A stretch of DNA of 64,000 bases from a virus (lineage: Duplodnaviria > Caudoviricetes), in IMG/VR virus record IMGVR_UViG_3300037041_001930; one strand, 5' to 3'. Under the pieces are notes generated by a model. The model ran no database searches. It had not been told where the DNA came from and saw only the letters and a program-made list of their open reading frames with translations. Below are positions 17,773 through 26,525 of the stretch, in pieces. Made by a program: the position numbers and the translations under genes. The first letter of the stretch is position 1; each line of letters starts with the position of its first letter.

Positions 17773-18258
17773 GGTGTGGCCATCCCTGGCGTACAGGAAC
17801 TCACGTGGGCTAACGAGTCTCTCGCCGGCTTCCAATAACTTGTTGGCCAGCCGAACCGGGGTGTACTGGTGGGCCTTGATGCCCCTGACATCCCCGTAAT
17901 CGCCTTCCTGGAGCCCGCGAATCGTGAGCTCAGAGCAGAACCACTTATCAGCGGTCTGCCGCCCCCAGGGCAGCACGATGGAAAAGGCGACGCCAAGCCA
18001 GTCGTATTCGGCACCCACCTGGGAGTCACAGAATGCCCGCACCTTGGCCTCATCACCACCGCGGACCCCAATGCAGTCCCAGTCATTGGGATTCCAGCCC
18101 TGGGGGTCTAAGAGGTATCTGGCCTCATAGGCCGAGGAGACCCCAAAACGAGTGCCATCTGAAAACAAGAGTTCGCAGTGGCTATAGGGGCCTCTGCTGA
18201 AACAACGGATGAGGCGATCCTGAAGCGAATGGCCTCCCTTCCAGAATAACACGTACAT
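17755..18258 (-). CDS. Permuted papain-like (YaeF/YiiX, NlpC/P60) amidase
   Basis: YSHCEL...YDWLG...KWFCSEL with His before Cys (circular permutation). Confidence 0.85.
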   Translation of the reverse strand: MYVLFWKGGHSLQDRLIRCFSRGPYSHCELLFSDGTRFGVSSAYEARYLLDPQGWNPNDWDCIGVRGGDEAKVRAFCDSQVGAEYDWLGVAFSIVLPWGRQTADKWFCSELTIRGLQEGDYGDVRGIKAHQYTPVRLANKLLEAGERLVSPREFLYARDGHTLQEVG

Positions 18259-18268
18259 GACGTCCCTT

Positions 18269-18763
18269 TCATGGCCCCCGGGGTTGACGCTTCGCACGTG
18301 CCACGACGCCCTCACGCGGGGCGGGGTGGATGCGCTGCGCCCACGTCTTCACGTCATCGAGGTAATCATTACCCCTGCCCAGTAGGGCCCCGCGGACCCC
18401 CACATTGTAGGCGCGGACACTGGCGTCCCAAGAGCCCAAGCGGGCGTAGAGATCCTGCATGCGCCGGATGAATACGCTCTGGGCGAACTCGGTGTCCACG
18501 GCGAGATCGTCTACATCGCCGACTCCCATGGTTTCCCTGAAGACCGCAGGGGTCATCTGGAAGGGCCCACGTTCGCCGGCGCGACCACGCTTGCGGTTGA
18601 TGTAGACGATCTCCCCAGTGGGGGCATAGAACGATGAGGTCTCGACACCGAGGATCCCATGGAGTACCCACTGGGGGACTTCAGGGATCTCGGGGAGTGT
18701 GGCGGATACCGCTGAGAACACGGGTGCAAGACACAGTAACGCAATCAGGACTACTACTCGCAT
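18269..18763 (-). CDS. Lytic transglycosylase (SLT-like) with signal peptide
   Basis: Hydrophobic N-terminal signal; VETS catalytic Glu, GPFQM and AYNVG motifs. Confidence 0.8.
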   Translation of the reverse strand: MRVVVLIALLCLAPVFSAVSATLPEIPEVPQWVLHGILGVETSSFYAPTGEIVYINRKRGRAGERGPFQMTPAVFRETMGVGDVDDLAVDTEFAQSVFIRRMQDLYARLGSWDASVRAYNVGVRGALLGRGNDYLDDVKTWAQRIHPAPREGVVARAKRQPRGP

Positions 18764-19104
18764 GTAGACTCCTCGGGTAGTCGTGGTTGTGGAAACTCGA
18801 TCTCGGCTTCGAGATCGAGGTGGACATCGGGGTCATCTGGGTTCTCGGAAACCCCGATGCGGGCTTCTAAGGATGCCGGGTAGACCTTGCGAAGGAAGGG
18901 AAGCGCCATCGCGGCGTTCTCGGCAGAGAATCCATGGAACTCGGCCTCGTCTCCGAAATCAGAGATCTCGGCCTCCAGCAAGGCACGCTGAATCCTGGCA
19001 TCGGAGATGCCAAGTATCCAGTGCACCCTGCGGAGATGAACCAGCGCCAAGATCTCCAGCTTAGGAGACAGGGCAGCCATAATGGTGTACAGGGGTCGGA
19101 GCAT
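18754..19104 (-). CDS. Hypothetical acidic protein
   Basis: Co-oriented ORF overlapping the next gene's start. Confidence 0.6.
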   Translation of the reverse strand: MLRPLYTIMAALSPKLEILALVHLRRVHWILGISDARIQRALLEAEISDFGDEAEFHGFSAENAAMALPFLRKVYPASLEARIGVSENPDDPDVHLDLEAEIEFPQPRLPEESTCE

Positions 19105-19119
19105 GCCTTGCCCCAGGAC

Positions 19120-19503
19120 TCAGATCTTGATTCGCCGACCCACGGTTTCCAGGCGCTCACGGAGCGCATTGATAACACGCACCTTCTCGAAGATGTCACG
19201 CTTGGCCTGGTGGGACAGCTTCCCCGACTTCTTGGACTTCGAGGTGATGCCATCCAGGATGCCTACGATGCCAGAGGCGGCGTCGCGGAGAGCATCAATA
19301 AAGGACCCGGCATCGACCTGGATCTGTGGGTTACCCCCGGTGGTCGGCAGCTTGAGCACGAGCTCTTGCCGCCAGGGGCGAGCTGGTATCTTGTAGACCC
19401 CCTTGCGGATCACCTTGCAGCCATGGGCACCCTTCATGGATCCCGGCTTGCGTGGGGCCTCAACGGGCACAGTGGGGGCTTCAACGGGTTTGCGGGATGC
19501 CAT
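19120..19503 (-). CDS. Basic hypothetical protein
   Basis: GAGGAG SD; Lys/Arg-rich. Confidence 0.65.
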   Translation of the reverse strand: MASRKPVEAPTVPVEAPRKPGSMKGAHGCKVIRKGVYKIPARPWRQELVLKLPTTGGNPQIQVDAGSFIDALRDAASGIVGILDGITSKSKKSGKLSHQAKRDIFEKVRVINALRERLETVGRRIKI

Positions 19504-19536
19504 GTGATCTCCTCTTCGGCGAGATGATCACTACCC

Positions 19537-19551
19537 TTTACTTTCAGTCAA
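19537..19551 (-). promoter_or_regulatory. TTGACT-N3-AGTAAA motif
   Basis: Minus strand TTGACT-GAA-AGTAAA overlapping the upstream stop. Confidence 0.6.
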
Positions 19552-19936
19552 GTGCGTCAGTCTTGGCGGTCGGCGTGACCTGCATGCTGACCATGCCCAT
19601 CCCCGCCATACGCGCCGCCATCTCCGGCGAACACAGGTTACCCAGCACTGTACGTGGTGTCAGTAGTTTCCAGAGGCCCAGCGCTGCACCCAGGCCGATT
19701 AGCAACAGTGCCGCGCCTTGGTCTCCAACCCACCCACCCAACTCGATGTAATTGTGTTCCTTGCCATCCAGGGGGTCCATCTCGCAGAACACGCCCTTGT
19801 GGGCCGCCATCGCTGACTTCAGCGCGTCGGCCGTGGCATCAGGTGCCTTGCGCACACCGAAAAAGATCACATCGGCGTCGGCGTCTTCCGACTTACAATG
19901 GATGGAATTGCTTTGCAAATAGTCGATTAAACTCAT
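19544..19936 (-). CDS. Hypothetical phage protein
   Basis: AAGGA SD before MSLIDY; HNYIELGGWVGDQG...GLW.LLTP. Confidence 0.7.
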   Translation of the reverse strand: MSLIDYLQSNSIHCKSEDADADVIFFGVRKAPDATADALKSAMAAHKGVFCEMDPLDGKEHNYIELGGWVGDQGAALLLIGLGAALGLWKLLTPRTVLGNLCSPEMAARMAGMGMVSMQVTPTAKTDALD

Positions 19937-19992
19937 GGTGTTTCCTTTCGGGAAACAGTGGTTATTAAACACGACCAGTATGGTTATGGGTG

Positions 19993-20598
19993 TTATGGGG
20001 CCGCTGTTGCCGCCGCCGCAGATGCCGCCCTTAGCTCGGCCTGGCTCCACATCACTGACTTGCTTTCGCCCTTGTAGGGCAAAGCAAGTTTTTTATCCAG
20101 CAAATAGGCATTCAGGGATATTCCATCTTTATCATAGAACTCGACGATAGCTCTGCCGTATTTATCGAGTGACTTGGATTCACATGTCACGGCGCGCTTC
20201 ATCCATTCCACAACAATGGCTCGAACAGCGAGCCCAACTGGCTTCTGGGGGCCGGTGACTTCAGGGGTATCAAGCCCCTCGAGGCGGTAACACACCTTGC
20301 GCGAGATCTGGAATCCGAGGTCGAGGTTCACCCAACCCGAATCCCCGTCGTGGACATCGATGATGGACAGCACGGGATAAACGTAGGGTTTCATGCCTTT
20401 CAAGTATCGGGGTTTCTCGGCGGCGTCCACATACGCGGGACACTGGGGCAACACGGTTGTGGCCTCCACTGTAGTTACTGTCACCCTTGGCTTGTCACAT
20501 GCAGCCGCGATGTATATGAATATCATAGATAGCGAGAACACTACGAGGAGTAACCCAATAGCAGCTAGTATGGGCTTTACTAACTCAGAGTATTTCAT
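19993..20598 (-). CDS. Thermonuclease (SNase) family protein with N-terminal membrane anchor
   Basis: VHDGDS...RLEGLDTPE...DKYGR catalytic motifs; N-terminal hydrophobic helix. Confidence 0.9.
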   Translation of the reverse strand: MKYSELVKPILAAIGLLLVVFSLSMIFIYIAAACDKPRVTVTTVEATTVLPQCPAYVDAAEKPRYLKGMKPYVYPVLSIIDVHDGDSGWVNLDLGFQISRKVCYRLEGLDTPEVTGPQKPVGLAVRAIVVEWMKRAVTCESKSLDKYGRAIVEFYDKDGISLNAYLLDKKLALPYKGESKSVMWSQAELRAASAAAATAAP

Positions 20599-21143
20599 TA
20601 CCCCACCTTTCTGGCGACCTGGTATTGGTAGGTCTGCCTAATCAGGAGTGCGGAACCCGCCTTAATTGAGGCTGCAATGATTTCATCCTGGGTAGCCCGT
20701 GAGGACAACGTGAGATCACGGAATGCCATGAGATTGATACCACTGCGTGTCGCATCACCGAGCACGCTGACGTAATCACTGAAGACTGCGGATAACGAAT
20801 TGATGACCCCCTGACGAGGTGCCGCCCACTCGAACGTGGGTAACGCCGCTGCAATGGGGCCATCCGAATCGAACCTGACATATGTGAACCCGTCATGCCA
20901 CGCCTGACGGAGGATGTTGTCAAATGCCGGGCTGAACCCGAACATACTGGGCGTGTTTTCCTCGTCATAATCAGCGCAGTAGACCCAGTAGCCCCCATTG
21001 GTGTCATCCAGCATGAGTATCGGGTTGTCGGGCTCCCTGAGCCCGTCATGAATGGATTCTAGGATGTCGTGGTCAAGATGGGTGAGATGCGCTGTCGACA
21101 GCACGGCGACCTTCATGATCTCCTGAAATACGGACTTAGTCAT
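20598..21143 (-). CDS. DUF5983-like hypothetical protein
   Basis: LSTAHL...G YW...YVRFDSDGP...LPTFEW pattern recalled for this family. Confidence 0.6.
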   Translation of the reverse strand: MTKSVFQEIMKVAVLSTAHLTHLDHDILESIHDGLREPDNPILMLDDTNGGYWVYCADYDEENTPSMFGFSPAFDNILRQAWHDGFTYVRFDSDGPIAAALPTFEWAAPRQGVINSLSAVFSDYVSVLGDATRSGINLMAFRDLTLSSRATQDEIIAASIKAGSALLIRQTYQYQVARKVG

Positions 21144-21373
21144 TCTACCTCCTGTGAGGCTTCATGGGGTTCAGCAACGGTATCGTGGCCCTCCAGGAAC
21201 ACGAGGCACTCGGCACGGGTGGGCTTCCGGCCAAGGAGTTTGATAAGTGCAGGCTCATCCTCGACGACAGCCCAGTCGTAGCCATCGTAGGGTGTGATGT
21301 CGATACCTGCGGCGAGGGCGTCGCGTGCTGACTTAGCACCGAGCTCGCGAATAGCAGCAAGGCTAATGCTCAT
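21140..21373 (-). CDS. Small hypothetical protein
   Basis: GGAGG SD; ATGA-coupled to the next gene. Confidence 0.65.
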   Translation of the reverse strand: MSISLAAIRELGAKSARDALAAGIDITPYDGYDWAVVEDEPALIKLLGRKPTRAECLVFLEGHDTVAEPHEASQEVE

Positions 21374-21425
21374 GTCGTGGCCTCCAAAAAAAAGAACGAG
21401 GCCACGACATCGCTGCCGTGGCCTC
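21371..21425 (-). terminator. Rho-independent terminator with an alternative SD-sequestering pairing
   Basis: GAGGCCACGGCA-GCGA-TGTCGTGGCCTC-GTTCTTTTTTTT; the 3' arm is also a perfect 13-nt complement of GAGGCCACGACAT (SD and start of 21373). Confidence 0.8.
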
Positions 21426-21447
21426 TTGGGTTCATGAAATCAGCGGT

Positions 21448-22275
21448 CTACTTGCGACCGTGCCCTTTGCCATGCTTGGGTGCTGGCTTCTCGACTTCGA
21501 CAGCCTTGGGGGCCTCGACTTCGGGGGTGTCATCATGGACCACGATGACAGGGTCAACTTTGTCTCCAGTGTCGAGACTGGTCTCGGGCTCTGAATCCCC
21601 CACGTGGCACAGGGAAACGGGTTCACTGGGTTCGACTGGCGCCACAGGAGCCGCTGGGGTGACCACTGGGGCGACCACTGGGGCTGCCACTGGGGCGATG
21701 GCACCGGCTTGATCCAGGATCGCACGTTCGGCGCTGAGATCGCGAGTAATCGCGGCTGCAGCGGTGAACACGGGCTTGGCGTTGAGCTTGGCGTAACGCC
21801 GAGCCAACTTGTCCCGGTTGCTCTGCCAACGCTTGACCTGGGTGCCCTCGATACGTGAATCCAGGAGAGCCTGGTACCAGTCGACATCACCGGATTCCTC
21901 GAGTAGGTTGGTGAGATCCAGTTGTTTCCCATCATACATCGCCTTGATCAAGGCCTGGACGAGTTCGCCGGCTTCAGTGGCGATACCAACAATGGCATGG
22001 AAAATCTGGGGATCCACGGGGAACGGTTTCGGTGCGGGTAGGGCACCGGCAACCATGGGGGCTGGGAATGGCTTCCCGTAGACCGTTGTTTTCTTGACGT
22101 GGTCGAGGACCTGGGATGCCTGCAGGAAGTCTTCGAGAGACTTCTTGAGGACCCCTCGATGCAGGCGATCCTCGAGATCAATCGCGGAGTCCGGGCATGC
22201 CGTGGACAACGCGGCTTCAGAGTAGGCCTCGGGGGTCGAAATGACGACCTGGCCATCCAATGGGTGATTTATCAT
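21448..22275 (-). CDS. MazG-like NTP pyrophosphohydrolase with Pro/Ala-rich tail
   Basis: GIATEAGEL...EESGDVDWY...N..KL..RY (ExxE..EExxD). Confidence 0.85.
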   Translation of the reverse strand: MINHPLDGQVVISTPEAYSEAALSTACPDSAIDLEDRLHRGVLKKSLEDFLQASQVLDHVKKTTVYGKPFPAPMVAGALPAPKPFPVDPQIFHAIVGIATEAGELVQALIKAMYDGKQLDLTNLLEESGDVDWYQALLDSRIEGTQVKRWQSNRDKLARRYAKLNAKPVFTAAAAITRDLSAERAILDQAGAIAPVAAPVVAPVVTPAAPVAPVEPSEPVSLCHVGDSEPETSLDTGDKVDPVIVVHDDTPEVEAPKAVEVEKPAPKHGKGHGRK

Positions 22276-22631
22276 TTAGCAACTCCTTTTTGAGTGTCTT
22301 GACATGGTGGAGGTCCATTTTCTCCGGATTCGCAGGGCCCACGACATGCACAGGGCTGACACGCCGAGCACCTCGTGGTATGGAAGTCTGCGTTCAGGCG
22401 AGCAATCGCGATCTTACTCCACGTGTTCGTGATCAGATAGGTGATGAGAACAGCACCCGTGGTGATCAAGAGGATGGGGTCAGTGAAGATGCCCTTGGCG
22501 AACCAGACCACGGCGAGGAAGCCGAGGACGAGTAAGAATCGTGAGGACGTCATCAATGTGGAGTCCTTGACGATTGGTTTCGTGGCATCGACGACTTGAG
22601 ATCGCGAGATCTCGAATCCGAGGATATTCAT
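22272..22631 (-). CDS. Two-TM membrane protein with Cys-rich tail (holin-like topology)
   Basis: FLLVLGFLAVVWFA and ILLITTGAVLITYLI; tail CSACQPCACRGPC. Confidence 0.6.
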   Translation of the reverse strand: MNILGFEISRSQVVDATKPIVKDSTLMTSSRFLLVLGFLAVVWFAKGIFTDPILLITTGAVLITYLITNTWSKIAIARLNADFHTTRCSACQPCACRGPCESGENGPPPCQDTQKGVAK

Positions 22632-22643
22632 GGGGTCCCTTTC

Positions 22644-23243
22644 CTAGAACCTGGCTTGTACGGAGAGCCCAGCAACAAGGCCAGGCTGGAGAGAACTATT
22701 ACCGCCGTAAGGAAGAGTGTACCAGCAGCCCAGGCCGAAGCAGTCCAAGGGCTCCGGAAAGTAATCCCGGGGCGCATACACGCTGGCACCGACGCCGAAG
22801 CGGTCATTGGTGAGTACGAGATCGGGAGATAGTGTACCGAAGAAGACGCGGACAGGGCTGGCGCGGAGGCCGACCTCGAGCTTTTGGTCGGCAAAGGACA
22901 TTCCAGCAATGGCACCGAAATCCCAGGCGTACTCGCCGAGATAAGTATCGGGCTTGTAGCTGACCTTGAAGGGGAACTTGGGGTCATTGGCTTGTCCGGG
23001 GTCCTCGTAGAGCACGCCACGGTTATCAGTGACAAACACACCAAGGACACCGTTAGTAGACTTGTCACGGAGGAAAAGAGTCCCGGTACCATCGGTGTCT
23101 TTCTTCCAATTCCAGTGCATCGAGGTGGCATCATACTTGATCACATCCTTCCCTGCAATTGAACTCCCGGGTTGCGCGGTCAGCGATGAATAGATCACCC
23201 AGCCCACAAATGCAATGATCGCGAAACCGAATATCTGATTCAT
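22644..23243 (-). CDS. N-terminally anchored beta-rich envelope protein ending in Phe
   Basis: TM FGFAIIAFVGWVIY; alternating beta strands; C-terminus GLSVQARF. Confidence 0.65.
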   Translation of the reverse strand: MNQIFGFAIIAFVGWVIYSSLTAQPGSSIAGKDVIKYDATSMHWNWKKDTDGTGTLFLRDKSTNGVLGVFVTDNRGVLYEDPGQANDPKFPFKVSYKPDTYLGEYAWDFGAIAGMSFADQKLEVGLRASPVRVFFGTLSPDLVLTNDRFGVGASVYAPRDYFPEPLDCFGLGCWYTLPYGGNSSLQPGLVAGLSVQARF

Positions 23244-23292
23244 GAGTATTTCACCCCATACGGCTGGGCTCGATTTCGCGCACACTCACGAC

Positions 23293-23320
23293 TTGGCTAA
23301 TCAAGAATGCACGCTATGTT
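23293..23320 (+). promoter_or_regulatory. Putative sigma70-like promoter for the STAS gene
   Basis: TTGGCT-16 nt-TATGTT, then AAAGGA SD before the ATG at 23362. Confidence 0.4.
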
Positions 23321-23361
23321 GAGCGCGCATGCTATGAGATCGGACTCAAAAGGAAAGCCTC

Positions 23362-23799
23362 ATGGATACCCCGACGACGACAAGCACCAGACGACGGACA
23401 GTGCTGAGACTTGACTACGATATCAACGGAGTCAGCGCGATCAGTGGATCCACTCAGGCCTGGTGCTCGCGTACGGCGTCGGATCCATTCAGTCTCCTGG
23501 ATCGTGTGAAATCAGCGAAACCAGAAGAAGACATCGCATTGCATGTTCATGGGTTCACGAACTCGATAGCGGTTGCACACTTGATGACCCTGTGGCGTGA
23601 ATGCTCGAATCGTGGCGCCCACTTACGAGTCATCCTGCTTAATCACCAATCACTTCAAATCCTCAAAGTTCTCGGTCTCGGTGAAATCCTGGATGCCAGA
23701 CTGTGTCCATTTAATTCTCGCAATCATGTGACCTGGGAACCCCCTACGGAACGGAATTGCGAATCCTGCAACAAACTGGACTGTGCAGTAGGGAATTAA
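23362..23799 (+). CDS. STAS-domain (anti-anti-sigma-like) protein with C-terminal Cys cluster
   Basis: IALHVHGFTNSIAVAHLMTLWRECSNRGAHLRVI...QILKVLGL resembles the STAS consensus FMDSSGLG.L...G..L.l...l..l.gl; tail CESC..LDC. Confidence 0.65.
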   Translation: MDTPTTTSTRRRTVLRLDYDINGVSAISGSTQAWCSRTASDPFSLLDRVKSAKPEEDIALHVHGFTNSIAVAHLMTLWRECSNRGAHLRVILLNHQSLQILKVLGLGEILDARLCPFNSRNHVTWEPPTERNCESCNKLDCAVGN

Positions 23800-24293
23800 G
23801 CCGGTGGGTTTAATTGTCGCCCGGCTTGCTCCCAGCCTCGATCCCAGCCTTCATGCAGCAGAGTACCCGTGGGATGCGGGTTCCCTGAGCGCGGTCTCCC
23901 GGCCTCGCGTGCCTTGGCACCCCTGACTCCTGAATCCCTGATGACCTCCCAGGATATCCTGGAAGGCTTGCCCACGTTGAGGTGGGGGTCCAAGGCCATC
24001 GCAATCGCGGCCTTGGCGTCGTCGACGAGATCCCCAGTGGCCCCATTGCGATCCATCCAGGCCACGAGAGCCTGGAGGGCGCGAAGCATGACTGCCTCGG
24101 AGCCATCACGGATGCAGATGGCATCGGGCTCAAAGGTGTCCATCCAACTCTCGGGCGTCGTATAAGCGACGACGAGGTGGAGGGCGTGATCGAAGTCTTC
24201 CTGGGGATCCGTGACGACACCGGAGTATCGACCATCGAGTCCCCTGGCGACGATACGCCAAGCATTGGATACAGGGTACTTGGGGGTCTCCAT
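23796..24293 (-). CDS. Hypothetical protein
   Basis: 165 aa; converges with the STAS gene. Confidence 0.65.
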   Translation of the reverse strand: METPKYPVSNAWRIVARGLDGRYSGVVTDPQEDFDHALHLVVAYTTPESWMDTFEPDAICIRDGSEAVMLRALQALVAWMDRNGATGDLVDDAKAAIAMALDPHLNVGKPSRISWEVIRDSGVRGAKAREAGRPRSGNPHPTGTLLHEGWDRGWEQAGRQLNPPA

Positions 24294-24297
24294 AACC

Positions 24298-25815
24298 TCA
24301 GGCCTGCGCCGGGGGTGTCACGTGGGCCTCAATAGTTGCAGGGATCTCCGTGTGGCCCTTGGTGTCACCACCAGGGACCTCGCCAGGGGTACCCTGGGGC
24401 TCCTCGGCATTCTTGGGTGAATGGGCGAGATACAGAGTGGTCAGCAGTGCCTTGGTCTTCTCCAGGGCCTCATCGATGAGGATATCCCCAATCAGGGGTT
24501 CCAGGAGCTCGCGGACTTGTGACAGCGAGTTCTGGGCCTGGCTGATCACGATGTTGCCCCAGTAGATGAGTTCGTGTTGCTCGTTGAGAGCGGCGACCCC
24601 ACCTGCTGCCTTGATATCGGCGAGGACATCATCGATGACCGGGATGATCTCTCCTGCCATCTCGGATTCCGCGATGGGGATAGCCTCGGTCGTAATCGTG
24701 TGGACCACCTTCAGGGAGTTCACGGCACGACGTGCCTCGTCCTCATCGAGCTGCATGTGGATCCAGGCCACGGTCTCGGCGACCGCGTTCTGGATACTGC
24801 CTTTGCCTTCCAGCATGGCCCTGAACTCAGGGCTGGCTTCTGCGGATCTCTTGATCTTGGCGTCGAGCCGAGGCGACTTCATGCAGGCGAGCTGAAGCGT
24901 GTTGTGGAGCCGAGCATTGTACTCAGCAGATGCCTCGGCAGCGTAGACCTCCTCCTCGCTGGGCTCCACAACGGTGTCACGGAGCTCAATGGTCTTCGCA
25001 CGGGAGACCCCATAGGTGATGCCACTGACGACGCGATCGAGGAGCCAGTCATCGAACGATGGCTTGTCATCCCCGGCGTCTGCGGTCTCCAAGACGTAAT
25101 CGGTCTGCTGCTTCGCCTTGTCCAGGCTAGCACACCTCGCCTTGGCTTCCTGCAGGATGACCTCGGTCTGCGTGGCCATGTGTTCATGCACCAGCTTACT
25201 AATCTCATCAGCGGTGTACTTCGGCACGGGCTTCATCGTGAACCCGGGGTCACGCCTCCAGTCCTTGCCTGGCTTCCACTGCAGGTCCTCAATCAAGGCC
25301 TCGCGGATCCCGGCGAGCATCCTGCGCTCCCTGTCAGTCAAGGAGACCTTGTCGCCCTCGGCAACGGTTTCCACAGAACTGTCCTGGACCTCGATCTTGA
25401 ATGGGGAATCCACGGGAATCGCACCACCCCCTGTTGAGGGTTGAACCGGTACGAACACGAAGGCGTGCTTCCAGATCAGCTTCGCTGTCGGCAGCATGTA
25501 GAACTCAGTCCCGGTATCCCAGCCAATGGGCTGGTAAGGGGAATCCCCGTACTTGACGAAGACCACCTTGTTGTCAATGAACACACCGGTCTGGCACCAG
25601 AAGGTGCCAGCGTAGAGGCGGGAGAGCAGGATACGACCTTGCATGCCGTGACGGATGACCTTGGTGAGGAACCGATAGAGATGCACACGATCCAGCTTGC
25701 CCTCAGCGATTTCCTCAGGGGTCTTGGTGTCAGGTTTCAAGGCTTCCATGACCTGCTTGCGCAGGGCTTCCTTGCGTGCCTGGGCCTCGTCTTGGGCTAC
25801 TTCGATCTCCGCCAT
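24298..25815 (-). CDS. Large helical hypothetical protein
   Basis: 505 aa; GAGGAG SD; N-terminal YAGTFW...KHAFVFV motif. Confidence 0.75.
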   Translation of the reverse strand: MAEIEVAQDEAQARKEALRKQVMEALKPDTKTPEEIAEGKLDRVHLYRFLTKVIRHGMQGRILLSRLYAGTFWCQTGVFIDNKVVFVKYGDSPYQPIGWDTGTEFYMLPTAKLIWKHAFVFVPVQPSTGGGAIPVDSPFKIEVQDSSVETVAEGDKVSLTDRERRMLAGIREALIEDLQWKPGKDWRRDPGFTMKPVPKYTADEISKLVHEHMATQTEVILQEAKARCASLDKAKQQTDYVLETADAGDDKPSFDDWLLDRVVSGITYGVSRAKTIELRDTVVEPSEEEVYAAEASAEYNARLHNTLQLACMKSPRLDAKIKRSAEASPEFRAMLEGKGSIQNAVAETVAWIHMQLDEDEARRAVNSLKVVHTITTEAIPIAESEMAGEIIPVIDDVLADIKAAGGVAALNEQHELIYWGNIVISQAQNSLSQVRELLEPLIGDILIDEALEKTKALLTTLYLAHSPKNAEEPQGTPGEVPGGDTKGHTEIPATIEAHVTPPAQA

Positions 25816-25855
25816 GTCGTGCTCCTCTTGGTGTGAGCACGCAGTTTGATTCAGG

Positions 25856-25870
25856 TTTTCCCTGAGTCAA
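25856..25870 (-). promoter_or_regulatory. TTGACT-N3-AGTAAA motif, degenerate copy
   Basis: Minus strand TTGACT-CAG-GGAAAA in an intergenic gap. Confidence 0.35.
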
Positions 25871-25877
25871 CCCCGCA

Positions 25878-26525
25878 CTAATCCAGGCGATGGAGTAACC
25901 ATGCCTTGAGGAGCGCCCACTTCATCTTGAGGCGTGACCTCAGCCCTGGTTTGGCTGGGCATTCACCCGGAGTGAGTTGTACAACCGCCCCAATGTTTTT
26001 TGGAGCGGAGACATGGTGTTCCGTTATGGGCCGCCTGGCGAGCTCACGCTTGGCTTCAGCATTCCACATCTCACTCTGGATTCTACATCTGAAGTCGTCA
26101 CTGGTCGGCTCGTTTTCGAGACGGATGCCTTGCTTGGCGAACTGCTCGATGGCGCGTTCTCTGGCGACATCATCGAGATCCTTCAGGGTCTCCTGGGCAT
26201 CCTCGGCGTATTCAGTGAACGGGACCATGGGGCCATTCGTGCCAAAGCATCGCGAGTAGATCGCGATCATGCGGGCCTCACCGTTGAGGGTGATCTCATC
26301 AGGGAGGTTGAGGTCCTCCTGTGTCCACATCTGGGCCGGCGGGGGTGCGTGAATGTCGAACCCCCAACTAAATGCGGCGTCGACGAGATTAGCGCGTACC
26401 CAAGCCTCGGCTTGATCTCGTGCAACAACTTGATTCTCGGAGTCCGTGTAGACGGGTACGCGAACAATGACTTCAGTCATGAACCTTTTGCGAGACGTCT
26501 TGGGTTCGTTCGATGTGGCCACCAT
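25878..26525 (-). CDS. Hypothetical protein
   Basis: 215-aa co-oriented ORF. Confidence 0.65.
   Translation of the reverse strand: MVATSNEPKTSRKRFMTEVIVRVPVYTDSENQVVARDQAEAWVRANLVDAAFSWGFDIHAPPPAQMWTQEDLNLPDEITLNGEARMIAIYSRCFGTNGPMVPFTEYAEDAQETLKDLDDVARERAIEQFAKQGIRLENEPTSDDFRCRIQSEMWNAEAKRELARRPITEHHVSAPKNIGAVVQLTPGECPAKPGLRSRLKMKWALLKAWLLHRLD

Noticed and set aside
20058-20094. Plus-strand terminator-like hairpin with T-tract (ACTTGCTTTCGCCC/GGGCAAAGCAAGT-TTTTT)
   Set aside because: It lies inside the SNase coding sequence (LDKKLALPYKGESK) and no plus-strand transcript is evident; it may be coincidental
21640-21700. Short ccactgggg repeats
   Set aside because: Explained by the VAAP/VVAP/VVTP low-complexity tail of the MazG-like protein
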